A stretch of 64,000 nt of DNA, taken from Vicugna vicugna. Its lineage: Eukaryota. Both the position numbers and the translations under genes were made by a program. Numbering within the stretch: position 1 is the stretch's first letter; every line of letters begins with the position of its first letter. The DNA lies in NCBI GenBank assembly GCA_013265495.1, contig MU061578.1, positions 2,613,308 to 2,677,307 on the forward strand. The letters are read 5' to 3'. The notes under the pieces were generated by a model. The model was given only the letters and a program-made list of their open reading frames with translations, was not told the DNA's origin and did no database searches. This document shows, in pieces, positions 1 through 13,479 of the stretch.

Positions 1-630
1 GAATTCTCATTCGTCACTGATGGGAGTGTAAAATGATACAGCTACTCTGGAAAATAGTTTAACATTTCTTCCTAAAGTTAAATACACACTTACAAATGGG
101 ACCTAGCAATTCCACTCATAGATATTTACCCTAGAGAAATGAAAATTTATGTTTATATAGGAACTTGAACATGAATGTTTAAAGCAGCATAATACACAAT
201 TGCCAAAAACTGGAAACAAACCCAAATGACTGTCACTGGGTGAATGGATAAACAAACTGTGGTACATCCAAACAACAGAGTAAGAAAGAACTACTGATAT
301 GTTCAAAAACTCAAATGCATCTCAAAAGTGTTATGCTAAGGAAAGAAAGTAGTCTGAAAAGGTTTACATATTGTATGATTTCATTTATAGGGCATTCTCA
401 AAAGGACAAAACAACAGGGGCAGAAAGATCAGTGGTTGTCAGAGGTTAGGGCTGTGGGAGAGGCATGACTACAAAGGGGTGCACTAGGGAATTCTAGGCA
501 TGATGGAGCTGTTCTGTATCCTGACTGTGGTGGTAGATACATAAATCTATACATATGTTAAATTACATAGAACAGTACACCCTCCCAAAAAAAAACAAAA
601 GTAAAATTTACTGTGCATTAATTTTAAAAT
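1..630 (+). mobile_element. Old L1 (L1MC/L1MD-type) 3' end fragment
   Basis: Typical L1M 3' motifs: GACCTAGCAATTCCACTC, GGAAACAAACCCAAATG, GAATGGATAAACAAACTGTGGTACATCC, ATTGTATGATTTCATTTATA. Confidence 0.85.
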
Positions 631-1755
631 GAATGTGGTGGAAATTTCACTGAATTGGACTAAATTTAGTTTTCACACAACTGTGCAGAAATAGGATCTT
701 GTCAAATAAAAGTGCAGATACAAAGAATCAAGTGAGTCTCATGTTCCCACATGAGTCAGAGCCATGACTGTAAATTGAAACTTTGACAAGCAGTTGGGAA
801 AGGGGTTGGGGGGAGGGTATGGAGCTCCTGCCACTGGTCCAGGGCCCCAGGTGCTAGGCAGAGGACTCTGCACTCAGCAAAGAGACAATAATCAAGGGAG
901 CGTGTGTGTGCAGATCTGCCTGGTCTCCTTGGTGAGTCTCACCTGAGAAAGAGTACAGGAATGGGAAAGCACTTTGAAAACCATTAAGTGCTGTACAAAT
1001 GCAATGTGACAGGGTCCATAAAAATAATACAGTGTCTATCAGTATCACAAGACTCAATATCTACTGCAGGGGTTCAGACTAAACCCAGCCCGGACTCAGA
1101 TCCCATCACACCTGATACCCCACGCATTTATCCCCTGGCTGTGTCACAGGGACGCTGGTGATGGCAGGTCCTCACGGGTCCATCAGCACGGCTACGCGTG
1201 AGTGGCTGTACAGGATCAGGTTTTGTGCAGAAATGTTGGCTTCTGAAGCCCAGCATGGCTTATTAACATACAAATAACTGAGGTTTACTTTTCAGACCTT
1301 CCAGCTCAGCCATGCTAATGAAGCTATTGCTTTAAAAGTCCATCTCCTCTGAAATGTCTAATTAATCCGATGCTCACAAAGGTGCACAGAACAATGCATC
1401 TGCCCAGCCCAGTGGGGCGGAGAGAACAGGCAAGGCTGCTGATGCAGGGCCAGATGTTTCGGATGCCAGGGGACCCGACAATTAACGTGAGTGAGGCAGG
1501 AGGGGAGGGCTTTTCCAGCAGTGATTTTCAAACTGCAGGCTATGACCCATTCACAGGTTGTGAAATCAATTCAGGAGGTCACGACAAACAGCTCTTTTTA
1601 ATTAAATGGAAAAATAGGAAGGGGGAGAGAAAGGAATGAAATAATGCGAATTGCATATAGTGAAGTTAAGTACCATGTGAAGTTGTACCCTATATACATT
1701 TATATGTTTCACACATATGCATGGACTGAGTTACCAATAAAATGGATTTTTTATA

Positions 1756-1786
<31 letters not shown>
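1756..1786. repeat. (CA)n(TA)n microsatellite
   Basis: Seen directly. Confidence 0.9.
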
Positions 1787-1789
1787 GCA

Positions 1790-2260
1790 TTTGGTCATAT
1801 GCCAAGATTTCTCTAAGTATTTTGAAAACATTAAACCATTTGATCTTTGTAAGTTAGATATTTCTATTGCATTTTATGGTTTGGGAAACTGAGGCACAGA
1901 AAGGTAGAATGACATGCCAAAGGACACACAGCTAGCAGATGGGGATTCAAGTCTGTCTGACTTCAGATCTCACAATCTCCAACAAAACCCCAGGTCTCAA
2001 AGACCTCAGACTTCAAGGACAAAAGTTCAGAAGAGAGGGCCACCTATGCATGTTGGAATAATGACAGCTAATAACAATCGCTAACGTGGGAAAGTGATTC
2101 CTACTCTAAGTGCTCTATGTGCATTGTCACAGCTAATCTGCAAAATAAATAAAATGAGGCAGGCACTATCATTATCTTCATTTATCAAATCATAAACTGA
2201 GGGTCAGAGGAAAAAATGATTCACCCAAGGTTACAGAGCTAATAAGCGAAATAGTCAGAG
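1790..2260 (-). mobile_element. Two adjacent MIR SINE fragments
   Basis: Reverse MIR cores GAAACTGAGGCACAGAAAGG...ACACAGCTAG (~1885-1935) and AAACTGAGGGTCAGAG...CCCAAGGTTACAGAGCTAATAAG (~2195-2245). Confidence 0.75.
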
Positions 2261-2849
2261 GAGGTGTCATGGGCACCACAGGATCAGAGCTGATCCTTGG
2301 AGGATCTGGATGCTCAAGTGTCCCGTTCCACATAAGCTCTAAGAGAACAAGAGCATTTCTGACTCACTGGGAGCCTCTCTGCGTGAGAGGGATGGCTCAG
2401 TTCAAGCTGGCTTCAAGACTAGCCTCACTGGGGCGTAAAAGATATCTCCCAAGACAGGAGTGATGCCATGGAAAGAAAAAGAGCCTAGATGCTGAAAGTG
2501 AGCTCATCCCTTGCCCCACCTCTCAGGGAGCCCAGCCCAGCACCAGACAGAAGTTGTCCTATCCCCACCCCTCCGAGGTGTGCATATACCCACATGCATG
2601 CTAGTCCAGCTCTGCCGCCCTCAACCCCGGTGCACTCATGGTTGAGTTAGACATAATAAAAAACATAACCAGAAGCAGTAGAAAAAGCCCCCAAATGGTA
2701 GATGGTTGAAGGAGTTTCTCAAATAACCCACCGGGCACAACTCTATTTCTCAGAAGCTCCCAGAGCTGAAAAGAATCCAAAATGCTCTTTGTTAAGAGCA
2801 AAACCAGACCTGAAAAATATATCTAAGAGCTTGACCTTCAGAATCTGAC

Positions 2850-3050
2850 GTGCCAGGGTTCTGGCCCCATTTGTGCTCTGGAGCTGTGGGCAACATGCTT
2901 CACCTTTCTAAGCTTCGGTGTCTTCATCTGTAAAATGGGGACAACCCAGGACCCACAGCAGATGGTAGACGTGAAGGTGAAACCAAAGAAAGACTACAAA
3001 GGGCTTAGCATGGTGGCTGGACACAGGGCACTCAGTGGGTAATTAGTATC
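2850..3050 (+). mobile_element. MIR SINE
   Basis: Core TTCATCTGTAAAATGGGGAC and 3' part GGGCTTAGCATGGTGGCTGGACACAG. Confidence 0.7.
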
Positions 3051-3359
3051 AGTACAAGGGAGCCTAACGAGGCATGAGGTCCCTGCTGCTTCCCACAGCG
3101 GTCACCTTGGATGAAGTCAGGCTCAGAACCCTCTCCCTGATTCTGTCATCATGTAGGACTGCAGAAGCATGCAGATGCTCTCCTGTTGCCAGTGATCCCA
3201 ATCTCCATTTACCCAAAACACCACCAGTAGTCCCGGGTGGGGCCGGGGGATGGCACCATGATTGCCACCACTTCCATAATCTGTTGCAGAATAATGAACC
3301 ACTCCAGAACCTAGTGCCTTAAAGAAAAATATGATCTCTTATTTCTTATGATTTTAACC

Positions 3360-3557
3360 CAGTGATCATCAACCAGTGGCAATTTTGCCCCTACCTCTTC
3401 CAACCCTAGATACTTTTCGCAAAGTCTAGAGACATTTCTGGCTGCGGTTGTTACTGGCATCTAGTGGGAAGGGGCCAGGGATGCTGCTAAACATCCTACA
3501 ATGCACAGGACGGCCCCCACCACAAGGATGATCTGACCCCAAATGTCGAGAAACTGT
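3360..3557 (+). mobile_element. MER20 (hAT-Charlie) DNA transposon, next to a short MLT1 fragment (~3270-3355)
   Basis: TACTGGCATCTAGTGGGAAGGGGCCAGGGATGCTGCTAAACATCCTACAATGCACAGGAC is diagnostic of MER20. Confidence 0.85.
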
Positions 3558-4319
3558 GCCTAGTCAAAATGTATCCAGTTCCCAGTGACTGGATAGAAAC
3601 AAATTAAGTACAGTTTCTCTGTGACACAAGACACAGGACCAGAAGTAGCAGCAGCATCTGAAAATCAAAACCTCTGCCTGCTGACCGAAGGCCACAGGGG
3701 CCACAGTGAAAAGCCGGAGACAGGGTGGCCACTGGAGCAGCACCAGGGAGAATAATACATCAGTGGGCTCAGCTGCACACACACATCCTGGAGCCCCACC
3801 GTGCCTGGGACTTGCTGGTGACTCCTTGGAGCCCTCAGCCCCTTTATCCAAAGCTCAGGGCATCAGGCTATGGTCCCAAAGTGAAGAGAGATCAGGACGC
3901 CCCCCTGCAGAGTCCAGACCACTTCCTGACAGTCACAAAAGGGGAGCTGTGACTACACCTGCCGGGAAACATCATGTCAACGTCCTCTCTAGATAGATTC
4001 AGAGCTAAGGCATGTTGGGGCACCTCCCTCTCTCTCTCTGTGTCTCAAGACACATTTCACAGACTCCACAGCAAAAAGGATGGCAGGTCTGGTGTCTATG
4101 AGATGTTGTGAGCTTTATGGAGACTCTTGAGCCCTCTAACAGACTTCTAAGAAAAAGAAAGTAGTCTTTGGAGGGCCTTGTTCTTGGACCTAGTGTTTTC
4201 TGGTCTGGGCTTTTTGTAAAGTTGTTCAGCACAATGCTTCCTGCTCTCTACTTAAATACCAGCAGCTCCCCATCCACACTAATCCACTTCCCTCTCTGTG
4301 CCTTTGCCTAAATGACATC

Positions 4320-4575
4320 CCTGCTCCAGCCCTTCTCATGCTTCACATCTCTGACTTGCCCATCAGCAACCAGAGAAAACCCTCTGCTTTTAAAGGGTTC
4401 ACATAGGCAGGCCTACCTGAATAATCTCCCTATCTTAAAGTCAACTGATTTGGGACCTTCATGTGCAAAATCCCTTTATGGCAGTGGTTAGATTGGTGTG
4501 TGAATAACTAGGAGAATGTACATGTACAGCAGGGGCAGGAATCTGCAGGGACCATCTCAGAATTCTGTCTACCAC
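4320..4575 (-). mobile_element. MLT1 (MaLR) LTR fragment
   Basis: CTGCTTTTAAAGGG...ATAATCTCCCTATCTTAAAGTCAACTGATT...CTCAGAATTCTGTCTACCACA matches a reverse MLT1D/E-type 5' end. Confidence 0.8.
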
Positions 4576-4924
4576 AGTCAGGAACCTCGGTCTCCACATG
4601 ATAAAGTCTCCTTTTTGGCTTAAGTCAACACAAACAGGTTTCTTTAATTTCCAACGAAATAACTCCAACCAGTCCACAGAGTGAAAGGAGCGGGCAGGGC
4701 CTGCTTACCCCGAGAAGGGAAATCTGAGGCCCAGTTTGGGAGTGCTGGCCAAATTTAATGTCAGTAAGTGGAAATAACCTAGTTAAAGTGTCTTAGCTGG
4801 AATCCAAACCTACAGAATCCAGACGAATTTCCCAGAACATGACTTTGCTGTTTTATATCAGTGTTGAAGGCTCAGAGCTGCCTTCACAGACCAGCCCTCT
4901 CCTGCCTCTTAAAAAGCAGTATTT

Positions 4925-5160
4925 GGAGACAGAAAATAGAATAGGGGTTACAGAGCACTGGGAAGGAGGACAAAAGGGAGTTATTGCTTACTGGGCTTAG
5001 TGGGTTTCTATTTGGGATAATGAAAATCATTTTGGAAATAAATAGTGGTGGTTGCACAACAGTATGAATGTACTTAATGCTACTTTACACTCAAAAATGG
5101 TGTAAATGGCAAATTTATATTACATATGCCATATCACAATTTTTTAAGTTTATTTTTAAG
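4925..5160 (+). mobile_element. L1MB 3' terminal fragment
   Basis: GAGACAGAAAATAGAATAGGGGTTAC...GGTGGTTGCACAACAGTATGAATGTACTTAATGC...CACAATTTTTTAA. Confidence 0.85.
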
Positions 5161-5189
5161 GGAAAAAGCAATATCATATCTGACAAAGA

Positions 5190-5410
5190 AGAGAGAGGGA
5201 GAAAAAGTCTCCTTGAGGAAGTTACCCTTGATTTGAGATTTAAAGAATGAATAGGGGTTAGCTGGATAGAGAAAGCATGTCTGGCCAATGGCAGCACATG
5301 CAAAGGCCCTGAGGTCCAGGAATGTGTTTCAATCTAGGAGCCATAGGGCAGCCAGTATGGCAGGAGCAGAGAGAGTTCAGGGGAAGAGTAGGGTAGATGA
5401 GATATCTCAT
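5190..5410 (-). mobile_element. L2 fragment
   Basis: GCAGCACATGCAAAGGCCCTGAGG and flanking purine-rich sequence typical of reverse L2. Confidence 0.7.
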
Positions 5411-6694
5411 GGCTGGAGGAGGAGGAACCTAAAGACAGGAGGACTTGAGACCACAGGGGACAAGTGGTATCTGTCACAAAATCCCACCGTGTCTACTAAC
5501 AGGTGACTCCCCAAATTCAGATGCATGAGTATATATGATGGGCCTTCTTTGCACTCTGGCTTCAGGGTGCTTCTGAGGATTCTAAATGATGTGAGAACAT
5601 AGAGGGCTGGACATCCAATGTGACCACTTGTGTGGTCTCAGGAGAAATGCAGAAGGTCCTGCCCCTCTGCCCATCTACCAAAAGGGACAATGCAGGACTG
5701 CAACTCATGCAATGACCCCCTTGGTGTTCTTCAAGAACATGTTCACCAGCAAAGCAAATTTTTAAAGGCCTTAAATTAATTGCTTGCAAAAGTACTCATT
5801 GCACTTAACCAACGGAGTCCCTGCTAAATAAATGACAGGCATAATTGGGACTCATCGCCTGCCACTGCCTGGTCCCTAAAATGGAGGGAAGTCACCCAAG
5901 CACAAAACACCTGCAGAGGCAGTTCCAGCCCCAGCTATTCAGAGACCACTCCCCCCGCGCTGCTCCAAAATACTCTAGCCATTTCCACTCCTGGGAAAAA
6001 TCAGAGTGATACCTTTAATACTATTTATTTAGATCCTGTCAGGTAGGAATTCCAAGCACATCCCTCTGTCTCCATTTAATCACCAGTAATGACATGGCCT
6101 ATGGGGCAATAATGGTGGAATTAAACATGGAAATACTAATTCTGACTTGAGACATTTCACCTGGACAGAATGGGAGGCCTCCTCCCACTTTCCACAGCAG
6201 ATGGACCTCACTGAAAGTTCATACCCAAGGTATCTCACCCCCATACATCAGAGCCATTTGCCTCCCCAGACCGCACGTGCTACACACAGCTCTTATCTCT
6301 ACATTTCATTTTATACATTTATACCAAATGGTCCCATCATGATACATGAGGCTCAAGAACACAAACAAATCTCCCAGGCAGATAAACCAGCTTCCAGTGT
6401 GAGCCGGCCAACTCCTGGGAATGGCTGGCGTGAGGGATGGCATCTCACAGAGGCCCATGCTGCCCTTTCCAGAGGCACATCATATGAATTCTGTGAGCCT
6501 GAGACACTTTTGCCTTCATGGGCTCCTTTTCCCCATTAAAATATATATATATATATATATAAAATACACACACACATGCATATATGTGTATATATATAAT
6601 CTTTTTTACTTTGTTGATATAAAGATGAATATATCATTACCATATATTTAAATTTTTTCTTTGACCTAAAAGTTCTTTTTTTCTTCTGATTTTA

Positions 6695-7610
6695 GAAGAA
6701 ATTAGAAAACCCTACAGACTGTACACAAAAACTACTAGAACTGATAAATGAATTCAGCAAGGTAGCAGGATGCAAGATTAACATACAGAAATCTGTTGCA
6801 TTTCTTTACACTAACAATGAAATTTCAGAAACAGAAAGTAAAAAAACAATCCCTTTAAAAGTCACATCAAAGAAATAAACCTGAGGACTATAAAACATTG
6901 ATAAAGAAAACTGAAGATGATTCAAAGAAATGGAAAACCAAAGGGGAAATGGAGGAGGAATAAATTAGGAGTTCGGGATTAACAGATACACACTACTATA
7001 TATAAAATAGATAAACAACAAGGACCTACTGTATAGCACAGCAAACTATGTTCAATTTCTTGTAATAAACTCTTGTAATGGAAAAGAATCTGAAAATATA
7101 TGCATATATATGTATGTATATGTATAACTGAATCACTTTGCTATACACCTGAAACTAGCATTGTAAATCAACTACACATCAATTAAAAAATAAAATTAAA
7201 AAAAAGAAATGGAAAGATAGCCCATGTTCTTGGATTGGAAGAATTAATGTTGTTTAAATGGTCATACTACCCAAAGCAATCTACAGATTTAACGCAATCT
7301 CTATCAAATTACCCATGACATTTTTCACAGAACTAGAACAAATTATCTTAAAAGTTATATGGAACCATAAAAGACCCAGAATTGCCAAAGCAATCCTGAA
7401 GGAAAAGAAGAAAGCTGGAGGCATAACCCTCCCAGATTTCAGACAATACTATAAAGCTACTATAATCAAAAAAGCATGGTATTGGCACAAAAACAGACAT
7501 ATGGATCAACAGAACAGACTAGAGAGCCCAGAAAACAACCCACACACAACTATGGCCAATTAATCTTCAACAAAGGAAGCAAGAACATGCAATGGAGAAA
7601 AGACAGTCTC
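6695..7610 (+). mobile_element. L1 ORF2 internal fragment (pseudogenic), interrupted by a younger L1 tail
   Basis: ORF 7258-7563 is recognisable ORF2 ([17 protein letters not shown]...[29 protein letters not shown]). Confidence 0.92.
6937..7202 (+). mobile_element. 5'-truncated L1 3' UTR insertion with 13-bp TSD
   Basis: AAAGAAATGGAAA at 6924-6936 and 7203-7215; A-rich tail; body similar to the tail at 18960-19180. Confidence 0.9.
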
Positions 7611-7614
7611 GTGC

Positions 7615-8070
7615 GCATTTTTTATGCTATGGATTATCTGTCTTTTTCTAAATGATTTTTTGAGAGTAAGTTACATATCTTAAACATGAGTCTTTTGTCA
7701 GATAAATATACGGCAAATCCTTATCCTTTCTCTGTGCTTGCCTTTTTTACTCTCTTGAAGGTATCTTTTGATGAACAGAAGTTCTTAATTTCAGTAAGAC
7801 CCAATTTATCAATTTTTCTTTATGGTTGATGTGCTTTATTCTAAGAAATCTTTGCCTACCCCAAGGCCATGAAAATATTCTGTTACCTATTAGGAATATT
7901 CTTTTACACTTTCACATTTAGAATTGATTGTTGGCTTATAGTGTAAAGTAAGAGTCAAGATGAATTTTCTCTCATATGGATAACTAGTGGATCCCAGGTC
8001 ATTTACTGAGAAGTATCCTCTCCCACTGCTCTGTGGTGCCTTTTTGATATAAATAAAATATCTGCTTGTA
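7615..8070 (-). mobile_element. Old L1M ORF2 fragment, antisense
   Basis: TCTTTTGATGAACAGAAGTTCTTAATTT...CAATTTATCAATTTTT...AAGAAATCTTTGCCTACCCCAAGG. Confidence 0.85.
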
Positions 8071-9114
8071 TGGAAAAAAACAATAATTCAAACCCCAGAT
8101 ATTAAAAAAAAGAAGGAGGTGATAGATGATGGCACAGTAAGAAATTAATTTCTCAAGTCTAGGGAGATCCTACTATTTACAGACAGTATCACTCTATGTG
8201 AGCACCACCCCTCCTGTTCAAGTTTCTCATTAATTGGGAATTGATCCTAAGCTTACAGTGGTGTGTGGGTGTGGTCTCTGCCCACAGATCTCTAGCCCAG
8301 CCAAGATGACACTGACAGGTACGGCTTCCTCCCTCTTTATACTGGTGAGCAAACAGAGACTCATAGATGCTGGATAGCGTACCCATGTTCACTGTACTTG
8401 GAAACTGTTGAAGCTGGGATTCTAACACAAATCCGCCTAACCCCAAAGTCCATGCTTTTCACTTCTACCCTCTGCTGCTCATGCCTGGGCAGATTGTGAA
8501 AGATTCTGGAGAGGAGGTGATATTAAAGCTGAATCTTAAGAGAAAAATAGGAACAGCACATCTATGGTTTTCAGGCTCCTTATCTACTCAAACTAAGCAG
8601 AGAAGAACCAGCAGCTCACTCGAAATCATAGTATCAGAAGAAGTTCCAGCTCCAGTTTAAATGTGAAAATGGCTCAAAGAAAGATGTCCATTATACACCT
8701 AAAAAAGTAAGGCAGGTAAACAAAGTCTTTAGGAATCAGATGAAATGTGTTTTTATATGTCTGTGTATATCTATGTCCATATGGTATAATATAATAAAAT
8801 TGTTTTCCTTATATTTTATCACTTTATAAATTTACGCTCCCCCATAGGTAATCATTGAAAAGCATTAAATGACGTTACCAAAATTGAGATGTCTTGGATA
8901 CTTAAAAAGCATGACAAAGCATTTTGAACCCCTAGGAAAACTTCAGGATGAATTAAACCTGATATTACTCACTGCGGACTGTAAGCACTAAATTCTGTCT
9001 AGTTTAGTCTGAAAGTACTGTCATTGATCACCAGACTATATCTAAGTAAAAATAGTAATACAGGGAGAGAGAGAGATACAGAAATTGAGAGAGCCTTTTT
9101 TTTTTAACCCTAAG

Positions 9115-10030
9115 TGGGACTTCAAGTTCAAAATGGCAGACTAAACACATGCATTTATCTCCTAAAAACCCACTAAATTGATACTGAAGGAATTTAAAAA
9201 GCAATAGACCTACAAGAATTTAAAGAAAGAGAAGTAATCTTCTGTTAAAGATAGATTTTAATAAATTCTGGGAGCATGGTAAGGAAGTGGTAACAGGAAG
9301 CAGGGTAGAGAAAACTCCAGAAGACAACATGAGAAATGAGAAAGATCAGCCACGGAAGAAGCCAACCTGCCTTCAAGAAACCCAGAGAGCCTTAAGACCT
9401 GGAAATGTTAAGCCCAGTGAAATCTCTGGCATCTGGCAGGGAAATACCAGGATTATAGCTGTACAGTGTAGATTGCACCAGCGGGGTTCTGAGAAGGGTG
9501 TCTTCAGAAAAAAATTAGAGAAAGACCTTGACCATACACTTAAGATAAGAAAAATCTTGGGGGAAAAAAATGAAGGCATAACAAAGACAAATCATTTAAA
9601 GGAGGGAAAAAGGCAACTACAAACTCCAGGGAAAAAAAGAAATAAAATGTCATCTTAGTATTGGATCTGAAAAGAACAATATTTACATAGCCAAAATAAC
9701 GTAAGCTCTATTTATTACTTTTATTGTATATAATAAAAATGACAATCTGTCAAGATTGCAGGAAGGAAAGGTATGGATGGAAATGAAATCAAATCTCACC
9801 CATCACAGCCAGAAGTCTGAATTAATAACTGAAACTGATCAATCAAGAAGCACAGATATATACATATTTTTTGAGCTGTGGTGGTAAGCACCACCAGGGG
9901 CTTGAAGCTAAAAGAATTCAGGGTTATTGCCTCTGGGGAGTAAACCAAGGTAGAAGCGTGATTTTTTTTTTCATCATAAGCTTTCCGTACTACTTTATTT
10001 TTTTAATCATGAGACTGACCATTTTAAATT
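9115..10030 (+). mobile_element. HAL1 / L1ME-like element remnant
   Basis: 5' GGACTTCAAGTTCAAAATGGCAGACTAAACAC...ACCCACTAAA and 3' AACAATATTTACATAGCCAAAATAA...GGTTATTGCCTCTGGGGAG resemble HAL1 termini. Confidence 0.6.
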
Positions 10031-11189
10031 ACTTATATTTTAAGACCCTTGGGCCCATATTTCTGTAACTGAGATTAGATATGTGTTAGTTAATACACCA
10101 AAAAGTCTGGAATAAAACACTTCACACTGTTAAGTGGGGTTAGGGTGGTGCCCTCAGGAAAGGGTGGGGTAAGGAGATAAGAGAATATTCTTTTTTTTTC
10201 TACAAACTTCTCTGCTGTTTTAATTTATTTAACCACAACCATGTGACTTTTTTAAGTGGACAGTGGGAAGAATGGCGGGGAAAGAATCGCAAATCCAGAA
10301 GATACCGGGCAGGTTGATGTGAAACAGATTCAAGAGAAGAGAGAAAAGGTCTGTACACCTGAGTGCCCAGAAAAATCTCCTGATCTGAAAGCAGAAATGA
10401 GACTTGTCAAACACCACCCTCAACCCTGCAAGGCATAAAATGCAAGCAGAGTAATGACAGCGACTAGCCTGGGGACCCACCAACTGAAATTTAGTAAGCA
10501 AGTAACCAACTCCATTGCCAAGCCCCAGGAACAGCCAGTTGGGTTTCTTTTTTTTTCTCACCAAGAAGCTAAAGTGGAAGCGAAAATACTAATTTCGTAT
10601 TTCTGCTCCAGCCAGCCAACCGAGATTGCCAAAGTTTTGCTGAGATGCCAGCCACGGAAGAGGCGAAATAAGCCTCACTCCCAGTGGCTGCTACTTCTCG
10701 AAATGATTCTTCTCGCTTTACACCAAATTATTCTTGTAAACCCTGATGATAGCAGAGGATACAGAGGAGATTAAAGCCTGTTCCGACCCAGCGGTGATCT
10801 GATAGTTTGCCTTGAGGTCTTGCAGAGAGCAGTGCAGACAGATAGGGGCTGCGGCCAATAGAGAGAGAGAGAGTATAAAGAATCCGGGTGATGTGGGCCA
10901 GGGAGGAAAAGGCACTCTCTCTGGGAAATGACCCTTACCTTCCTCTTGGAAGCACTGCTGTGTATCTAATGTAATCTTTTATGATAAACCTCCAAGCATC
11001 AGAATTCTACAAGATCCCTCCCTTCAAACAGGAGGGTCTTCTAGGAGCTGGTATACAAATCAGCAAAGGTTCTATATATTCTTTACTCATCATTCTAAAA
11101 CTTAAGTGTAACTCCCTCTTTAGAACCTTAAATAGCGACCCATCACCAAGAGATAGAGCATGAGTCAAAGTTGTATATACAGGAACAAT

Positions 11190-11410
11190 GACATCAGCAA
11201 ACATTTAGCACTCACTGCATGTCAAGCATTGTTCTAAGCATTCTACATATACTAACTCAATTACATCTCATAATAACCCTATAAGGTAGGGACTATCATT
11301 ATATCATTTTATAGATGAGAAAAACAAGGCACAGAGATGCCAAGTCATTTGCCCAAGGTCACACAGCTAGAAAGTGGTAGAGCCACTTGCCTCTAGAGTC
11401 TGTGTTCTGC
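11190..11410 (-). mobile_element. MIR SINE
   Basis: TTTTATAGATGAGAAAAACAAGGCACAGAG...TTGCCCAAGGTCACACAGCTAGAAAGTGGTAGAGCC. Confidence 0.85.
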
Positions 11411-11419
11411 CTCTCAGCA

Positions 11420-12200
11420 CCTCCACCTGCATGTTTAATTGGTCTCTCAAACTTAACATGTCCTAAATGAACTCTTGATATCCTCCCCATCCTATTCTCT
11501 CCTCACCCTGCCCCCCTAAAACATTTGTTTCTCCCTAAAGCTTTCTTATCTCAGGTATTGACCACTCCATTCTTAATAGCTCAGGCCCAAATCCTTGGAG
11601 ACATCCTTGACTCCTCTTATCACCACACCACTTCACAACTAACCTCTCAGGAAATCCCATCTCCAAAATCTACCTGCAGAACACACTCAGAATTTTAACC
11701 CCCGCTCACCATCTCCTCATCATCTCTCTCCTGGATGACTGCTGTTGATAGCCTCTTGATTGATTTCTCTGTCTACCTCCCACCTTACATGATTCTGAAC
11801 CCCAAAGTGGATGCCCGATCAGTTACAAGTCCCCCTGCAGCCTTTCAAGCCTCCTCACCTAGTCTGCACCCCTTATTCTTCCCACTGCATCCACACTAGC
11901 CCTGTTGCTCTTCTTGAACACAACAGACATGCCCTACCTTGGGGCCTTTTCACCTGCTGCTCTTGCTGCCTGGGTTGTCTTCTGCTGGCTCTCAGCATGT
12001 CTCACTCCCTCATAGCCTCCATACTCAGGTACCATCCTTTCATCCCTGACCATCCTGTTGACATTGAAACCCCTTAACCTTGCAACCTACTAATCATCTT
12101 CTCTGCCTTATTTTTCTCTAGAGCACCTAGAGTATCTGGAATAGTACCTAACACAGACTGGGTACTGTAAGAAATATGTCTTCCATTGATGAATAAATAG
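11420..12200 (+). mobile_element. L2 3' region
   Basis: TCTCAAACTTAACATGTCCTAAATGAACTCTTGAT...TCAGGCCCAAATCCTTGGAGACATCCTTGACTCCTC, ending in an L2-like tail. Confidence 0.8.
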
Positions 12201-13479
12201 AACACCATTTCTGATAGCAAAATTCCATATTTTTTGGATGTTGATAGAAACTATTTTTAAAAAGTTAACAAATTCTGCAATTTCCAGTAACAGAGATCCT
12301 TTAATGATTTGACTGCATAACATTCCCTAAATTTATTTGACCTCAAAAGTCTTTTGTCAGATTAGTGCTTCTTGGAAAAATCTAGGCTAGAGGTACAGGG
12401 GGACCTAGCTGGAATAGGAACATGAAAGAGAAAGAATTCTGGTGAGGATGATAAAGATATTTCCATTTATATGCCAGCTCCATCTCATCGACAATGATTC
12501 CCTAGAGTGCTGGGTGGAAAAAAAATCCTGAAGACTTGACCAGAACAGGGGCTGGGACTGATTAGTGATGTCTGCACAGTGCACAGCATGAGGGGATAGC
12601 ATCACAGGTATCTGCCTTTACAGTGCATGGAATTTACTAAGAACTCCAGAGGGATCAATGATATGGGATTTCCCTTTTCTTCTTCTATGGCCTTTGTTTT
12701 TCAAGAAAAGAATTTCACAAGAAATTTCTTGCAAGGGCAAGAAATATGGAGAAAAAACATTCAATAAAATCTCACAAAACCCAGCACCAGGATCTGAAGG
12801 CCACTTTGTTTTCCTAATCAATGGAGCAAAACATAATTTTTAAAGAAGTCAAGAGAAACATCTAGAGATACAGAGCTGAGAAAAACAGCACCCCAGTGTT
12901 TCCTACCAACCCCTACCCAATCAGTCAGTTACCTTCCATAGAAGTAAGCATCGCCCTGTGAAAGACAGGAAGCATGTGTTTTAGAGGCTCCATGGGAAGA
13001 CTCCCTAGAAGGATTTTGCTGCTCACAGTAGAAGCCCGTGCAGTGTGGGGCTTAGAATAGTAAAGCTTGGTTTCTCTTCAATATGAGCCCCAGCTTCTGT
13101 AATTCAGTGTAGCAGATTAAATGGGCCCTATGTAGACTTCAAAACACATTGCACCCACTTGATCCCAGACTCATCTGACTGAACCAGCATCCTGTGAGGC
13201 CACCAGTTCGGGCTACTCCATGCAGTGCAATCATCACTCAGTCCCCACCCCGGGTGCAAGCTCACCTAGAAAGTGCAGGTGGATTAAAACCTCCCTGCAA
13301 AAAGCAAAACACCTCCAAATCAATAAGCTAAAGATGACTCACTAATAAGAAAAAGGGGGAAAGGACATGAAGAAGCAAATTTCACAAAACTAGATCCAAG
13401 TTGCCACAAAGAGGTTCAAACTCACGGGAGACAGGGGAGACACAAGTGAAAATATTTCCGTCTGTTTGAGCAAAATCCC

